In this document: piece after piece, positions 59,838-64,000 of the stretch
Layout of the letters: each line of letters starts with the position of its first letter
How positions within the stretch are numbered: the first letter of the stretch is position 1
Assembly: GCF_031426875.1 (NCBI RefSeq)
Contig: NZ_JASJPC010000018.1
Span: 2,428 to 66,427 of the forward strand
Source: Sulfuritalea sp.
GTDB lineage: Bacteria; Pseudomonadota; Gammaproteobacteria; Burkholderiales; Rhodocyclaceae
Reading direction: 5' to 3'
DNA length: 64,000 nucleotides
Notes under the pieces: generated by a model
What the model was told of the DNA's origin: nothing
What the model saw: only the letters and a program-made list of their open reading frames with translations
The model's database searches: none
Position numbers and translations under genes: made by a program

Positions 59838-61127
59838 ATGAGTCGGAGCGTTCTTGCCGAAGGCGTCAAGCCGCGCGAGGTCTGGGCCTGGGCCATGTAC
59901 GACTTCGCCAACTCGGCCTACACGACGACCGTGGTGACGGCGATCTTCAACGCCTATTTCGTCGCCGTAGTGGCCGGCGGCGCGGCCTGGGCGACGCTGG
60001 CCTGGACCACCACGCAGGCCATCGCCAGCATCGCCATCATGCTCACCGCGGCCAGTGTCGGCGCCTGGGCCGATCGCCATGGCAACAAGAAGAAATTGCT
60101 GGCCATCACCACCGTCGGTTGCGTCGCGGCTACCGCGTTGCTGTACTGGGTCGGTCCCGGCGACGTGGTGCTGGCCATGTGCCTGGTGGCGATCGCCAGC
60201 TTCTTTTTCGGCAGCGGCGAAAACATCATCGCCGCCTTCCTGCCGGAGCTGGCCGGCGACGAGGATCTGGGCAAGGTTTCCGGCTGGGGCTGGAGCTGGG
60301 GTTATCTGGGGGGCATGAGCTGTCTCGGTCTTTGTCTGGCCTGGATCGTCGCCGCCAAGGGGCGCGGCGAGGGCGCCGAAAGCTTCGTCCCCGCGGCCAT
60401 GCTGATCACCGCCGTGTTCTTCGCCGTGGCGTCAGCGCCAACTTTCCTGCTCCTGCGCGAACGCGTGGCGGCGCGGCCGGTGGCGGCGGCCGGCGCCGAA
60501 TTCGCGGCGCTGGCGCAGCGGCTGCGGCGCACCCTGCACGAGGTGCGGCGCTTTCCCGACATGGCGCGTTTCCTGGTCTGCCTGCTGTGCTACCAATCGG
60601 GAGTCTTCGCCGCCATCGCGCTGGCCGCCATCTACGCGCAGGAAGCGATCGGCTTCACCGCGGAGGACAACATCAAGCTGTTCTTCGTGGTGAATGGCAC
60701 GGCGGCGGTCGGCGCCTTCGCCTTCGGTTACGTGCAGGACCGGCTCGGCCATGTGCGCACCATCGCCCTGACCCTGGCCGGCTGGCTGCTGATGACGGCG
60801 ATTGCCCTGGGTTCGGATAGCCGCGGGCAGTTCTGGGTGGCGGCCAACATCGCCGGCCTCTGTCTCGGTTCCAGCCAGTCCGCCTCGCGGGCGCTGGTGG
60901 GCTTCTTCGCGCCTGTGCAGCGGCGCGCCGAATTCTTCGGGCTCTGGGGCCTGGCCATGAAGCTCGCGGCCATCGCCGGGCCGATGACCTACGGCCTGAC
61001 GACCTGGCTGTCGGGCGGCAACCACCGCCTGGCGCTGGGGATCACCGGGCTGTATTTCGTCGGCGGACTGCTGCTGCTGATCGGCATCGATGCCAGGCGC
61101 GGCCGCGCCGCCGCGCTGGCAGACTGA
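59838..61127 (+). CDS. MFS transporter (UMF1-like)
   Basis: WAMYDFANSAY, about 12 hydrophobic segments, QSASRAL, EFFGLW. Confidence 0.88.
   Translation: MSRSVLAEGVKPREVWAWAMYDFANSAYTTTVVTAIFNAYFVAVVAGGAAWATLAWTTTQAIASIAIMLTAASVGAWADRHGNKKKLLAITTVGCVAATALLYWVGPGDVVLAMCLVAIASFFFGSGENIIAAFLPELAGDEDLGKVSGWGWSWGYLGGMSCLGLCLAWIVAAKGRGEGAESFVPAAMLITAVFFAVASAPTFLLLRERVAARPVAAAGAEFAALAQRLRRTLHEVRRFPDMARFLVCLLCYQSGVFAAIALAAIYAQEAIGFTAEDNIKLFFVVNGTAAVGAFAFGYVQDRLGHVRTIALTLAGWLLMTAIALGSDSRGQFWVAANIAGLCLGSSQSASRALVGFFAPVQRRAEFFGLWGLAMKLAAIAGPMTYGLTTWLSGGNHRLALGITGLYFVGGLLLLIGIDARRGRAAALAD
60422..60444 (-). repeat. 23-bp motif copy inside MFS gene (antisense)
   Basis: rc AAGTTGGCGCTGACGCCACGGCG. Confidence 0.8.
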
Positions 61128-61137
61128 AGGCCCGGCG

Positions 61138-61455
61138 TCAGCGGCAGGCGGCAGCCACCCGGCGCATCTTCTCCAGCACCTGCAAAGCTGCCTCCATGCT
61201 GGCGACGACGATCCTGGCCTCGTGGCCGCTGCCCAAACTTCCGGCGCCGTAGAAGATCCTCACCTCGGTCTGGGTCGCCTCGACATACTGCACGATGCCG
61301 AGGTTGATCCAGCGTCGCTTGCCGCTCTCATCGAGCGGAACTTCAAACAGGCAGAACGCGGTCGATCCCGGTATCACTGGCTGGGCGCCGGCCGCGGGAA
61401 TTTCCGCCCCGACGGCGACAAGGCAAGCCAGAGTCGCCAGGCAACCGCGCTTCAT
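61138..61455 (-). CDS. Hypothetical secreted protein
   Basis: Signal-peptide-like start MKRGCLATLACLVAVG; Cys near each end of the mature region; start uncertain. Confidence 0.6.
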   Translation of the reverse strand: MKRGCLATLACLVAVGAEIPAAGAQPVIPGSTAFCLFEVPLDESGKRRWINLGIVQYVEATQTEVRIFYGAGSLGSGHEARIVVASMEAALQVLEKMRRVAAACR

Positions 61456-61560
61456 GGCATGAGCAGCCGAGCGGTGCCGCTCCGCGCGCTTTCGCGGGGG
61501 TGTTTCACGCTGCGCATCGATGACGGTTCGACACTGCTTCTGCACCAGGCCCTCCATCAA

Positions 61561-64000
61561 TCAATTTGCCTCCCTGCCACGGATCAGACTGCGCAGTCCG
61601 GCAATCAGTTCATCGCGCTGGCGATGCAGTTCCCCGATCCGCGCCTGCGCCTCGGCTACCCGTCCCTGACTGTACAAGTTAACCAGTTCGTGTCCCAGCA
61701 CATGCACGCACTCATGCGCGGCGATCACCGGCGGGAAACCCGGGCGATCGCCGAAACGCGCCTTGCTGTCGGTGTCCAGCCAGCGCCCAAAGCGGCATTG
61801 ATGCGGGTCCAGGGACAAGGGCGCATCCTGCTCGCCGGACAGAAACAGTTCCATGTTGCGCACCCAGTGCCGATGCTCGACCTCGGCAAATATCACGGCC
61901 AGATCGTCGCGATGCACGCTGCCGTTCGACCAGGCCTTCCAGGCGGCATCCGGGTGCCAGCTGAGCATCCAGCCGGGCAATTCGGCTGCCGGCATGGGTC
62001 GGGCAATGCCATAGCCCTGCGCCAGTTCGCAACCCAGCGTCAGCAGCAGTTCGCCGTGCGCGACGGTTTCCACGCCTTCGGCGATGATCTGACGGCGAAA
62101 CGCCGTGGCCAGTCCGATGATGCCTTCGACGATGGCCAGGTCATCCGGGTCGTCGCGCATGGTGCGCACGAAGCTCTGGTCTATCTTGAGCACATCCGCC
62201 GGCAGGCGCTTGAGATACGTGAGCGACGAATAGCCGGTGCCGAAGTCGTCCAGCGCAAAGCGCACGCCGATCGCGCGGCAGGCGTGCATGATCGCCGAAA
62301 CCTTGACCACGTCTTCCAGTGCATTGGTTTCCAGCACTTCCAGTTCCAGGCTGGCGGGCGGAACGTCGGGGTGGGTCGCGAGCAGTTCGGCAAGGCGCGA
62401 GACGAAATCGCCCTGCTGCAACTGGCGCGCACCGACATTCACGCTCAGCGGAATATCCAGCCCGGCGGCGCGCCACTGCGACATCTGCGCCAGGGCCGTG
62501 TCGATGACCCATTCGCCCAGTTCCTCGCTGACGGGATGGTTCTCCGTGATCGGCAGGAAGGCGGCCGGCGGCAACAAGCCGCGTTCGGGGTGCTGCCATC
62601 GGATCAGGGCTTCCGCACCGATCACCGCGCCGCTCTTCATATTCACCTTGGGCTGGTAATGCAGCACGAACTGGCGGTGGGCGAGGGCGTGGCGGATGTT
62701 TTCGATGCTCTCGCGCTGGCTCCTTACCGCCGCGTCCTGCACCAGGTCGAACAGGTGGTAACGGTTTTTCCCGGCCTGCTTGGCCTGGTACATCGCCTGG
62801 TCGGCATGGCGCAGCAACTGGTCGGCATCCGAGTCGTCCTGCGGATAGAGCGTCACTCCGATGCTGGCGGAAACGCGCAAAACCAGATTGCCTACGGTCG
62901 CCGGCGCGGCGGCGGCCAGCAGGAGGCGGGCCAGCACCGGTTCGCAGTCGCTGGCCTGCTCCAGATCGACCAGTACGGCGACGAACTCGTCGCCGCCCAG
63001 ACGCCCCAGGGTATCGCCTTCGCGCAAGGCGCCTTTCATGCGTTGCGCAACGGCGATCAGCAGCTCGTCGCCGACTTCATGGCCATACTGGTCATTCACC
63101 GGCTTGAAGCCATCCAGATCGAGATAGACCACGGCCAGCGACTGGTCGCGCCGCTGGCTCTGGGCCATCGCAAGCTGCAGGCGATCGGCCAGCAGCACGC
63201 GGTTGGGCAGGCCGGTGAGCGCATCGTAATGGGCGATATGTTCGAGCTGCCGCTGGTGTTCCTTGAGCGCCGTGATATCGGTGAACAAGGCGACATAGTT
63301 CTGGGTATTCCCGGCAGCGTCGCGCACGGCGCTGATGGTGAGCATCTCGGCATAAATCTGGCCATTCTTGCGGCGATTCCAGATTTCGCCGTACCAGTGC
63401 CCGTTGGCGATCAGCTCGCGCCACATCGTGGCATAGAACTCGGCTTCGTGCCGTCCGGATTTCAGCATGCGCGGATTGCGCCCCAGCACCTCCTCGCGGC
63501 CGTAGCCGGTGATGTCGGTGAAGGTGGCATTGATTTCGAGGATCGCGCCGGTGGCATCGGTGATGGTGATGCCCTCGCGGGCGTGGGTGAATACGCTGGC
63601 GGCAAGCTGCAGCTTTTCCTCCGCCTGCTTGCGTTCGGTGATGTCCATGACGAAGGCCAGAATGCATTGCTCGCCGTTCATGTCGACGCTTTCGGCCGAG
63701 ATGCTGACCCACTGAAGCTCTCCGTTCCTGTGGCGCCAGGTGGTTTCCCGGTTAACCACCCGGCCGTCGCGCAGCAGCGCCGCGGCCCATGGTCGGCGCG
63801 CTTCCGCGTCGGGCCAGAGGCCCACTTCGAGCGAGGTGCGCCCGATCAGTTCCTCGCGCTTCCAACCGAAGTCGCGCTCGTAGTTGCGGTTGACGTCGAT
63901 GAAGCGCCCATCGCTTACGCGGGCGATGGAAACCATCAGCGGACTGGAGTGAAATGCCTTGGAAAAGCGCTCTTCGGATTGGAGCAGCGTCGCCTCGGCC
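61561..64000 (-). CDS. PAS-PAS-GGDEF-EAL-CZB signalling protein (5' end outside window)
   Basis: PAS/PAC repeats, DLDGFK, GGDEF, EAL, DDFGTGYS, C-terminal H..W/C.FG.W/H..VH. Confidence 0.92.
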   Translation of the reverse strand, partial: AEATLLQSEERFSKAFHSSPLMVSIARVSDGRFIDVNRNYERDFGWKREELIGRTSLEVGLWPDAEARRPWAAALLRDGRVVNRETTWRHRNGELQWVSISAESVDMNGEQCILAFVMDITERKQAEEKLQLAASVFTHAREGITITDATGAILEINATFTDITGYGREEVLGRNPRMLKSGRHEAEFYATMWRELIANGHWYGEIWNRRKNGQIYAEMLTISAVRDAAGNTQNYVALFTDITALKEHQRQLEHIAHYDALTGLPNRVLLADRLQLAMAQSQRRDQSLAVVYLDLDGFKPVNDQYGHEVGDELLIAVAQRMKGALREGDTLGRLGGDEFVAVLVDLEQASDCEPVLARLLLAAAAPATVGNLVLRVSASIGVTLYPQDDSDADQLLRHADQAMYQAKQAGKNRYHLFDLVQDAAVRSQRESIENIRHALAHRQFVLHYQPKVNMKSGAVIGAEALIRWQHPERGLLPPAAFLPITENHPVSEELGEWVIDTALAQMSQWRAAGLDIPLSVNVGARQLQQGDFVSRLAELLATHPDVPPASLELEVLETNALEDVVKVSAIMHACRAIGVRFALDDFGTGYSSLTYLKRLPADVLKIDQSFVRTMRDDPDDLAIVEGIIGLATAFRRQIIAEGVETVAHGELLLTLGCELAQGYGIARPMPAAELPGWMLSWHPDAAWKAWSNGSVHRDDLAVIFAEVEHRHWVRNMELFLSGEQDAPLSLDPHQCRFGRWLDTDSKARFGDRPGFPPVIAAHECVHVLGHELVNLYSQGRVAEAQARIGELHRQRDELIAGLRSLIRGREAN

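Overview
GC-rich betaproteobacterial chromosome segment; gene content and synteny suggest Rhodocyclales/Sterolibacteriaceae-like, which is an inference. Most of it is core metabolism: dapC-dapD-pilU-dapE-prmB, selO, tRNA-Asn, tyrB/uvrB, rne/rluC-HAD-Rieske-sppA, ppk1/ppx, a Mla/Pqi-like ABC system followed by acyl-CoA ligase, acylase, hydratase and ADH genes, a complete glycerol cluster (glpK, glpR, glpD, ABC importer), an ACP-FAAL-acyltransferase fusion, an MFS transporter and a PAS-GGDEF-EAL-CZB gene cut by the window end. An accessory stretch at about 7-22 kb holds an orphan radical SAM/SPASM enzyme, hemerythrin, a multicopper oxidase/SCO cluster and several hypotheticals. No integrase, transposase or CRISPR was seen. 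The most striking unexplained signal is a 23-bp non-palindromic motif (consensus RAGTTGGCGCTGRCGNYACGGCG). I found 10 copies by eye on both strands, 6 of them inside conserved genes, plus two 83-bp long forms carrying a 60-bp insert; it behaves like a DNA-uptake-sequence-type signal. Also notable are a CTAG-flanked MITE-like element with a REP doublet that sits on TAG stop codons, stuttered GTAG-REP arrays, and a promoter/terminator-bounded ~210-nt candidate sRNA next to selO. All counts come from manual reading and may be incomplete.
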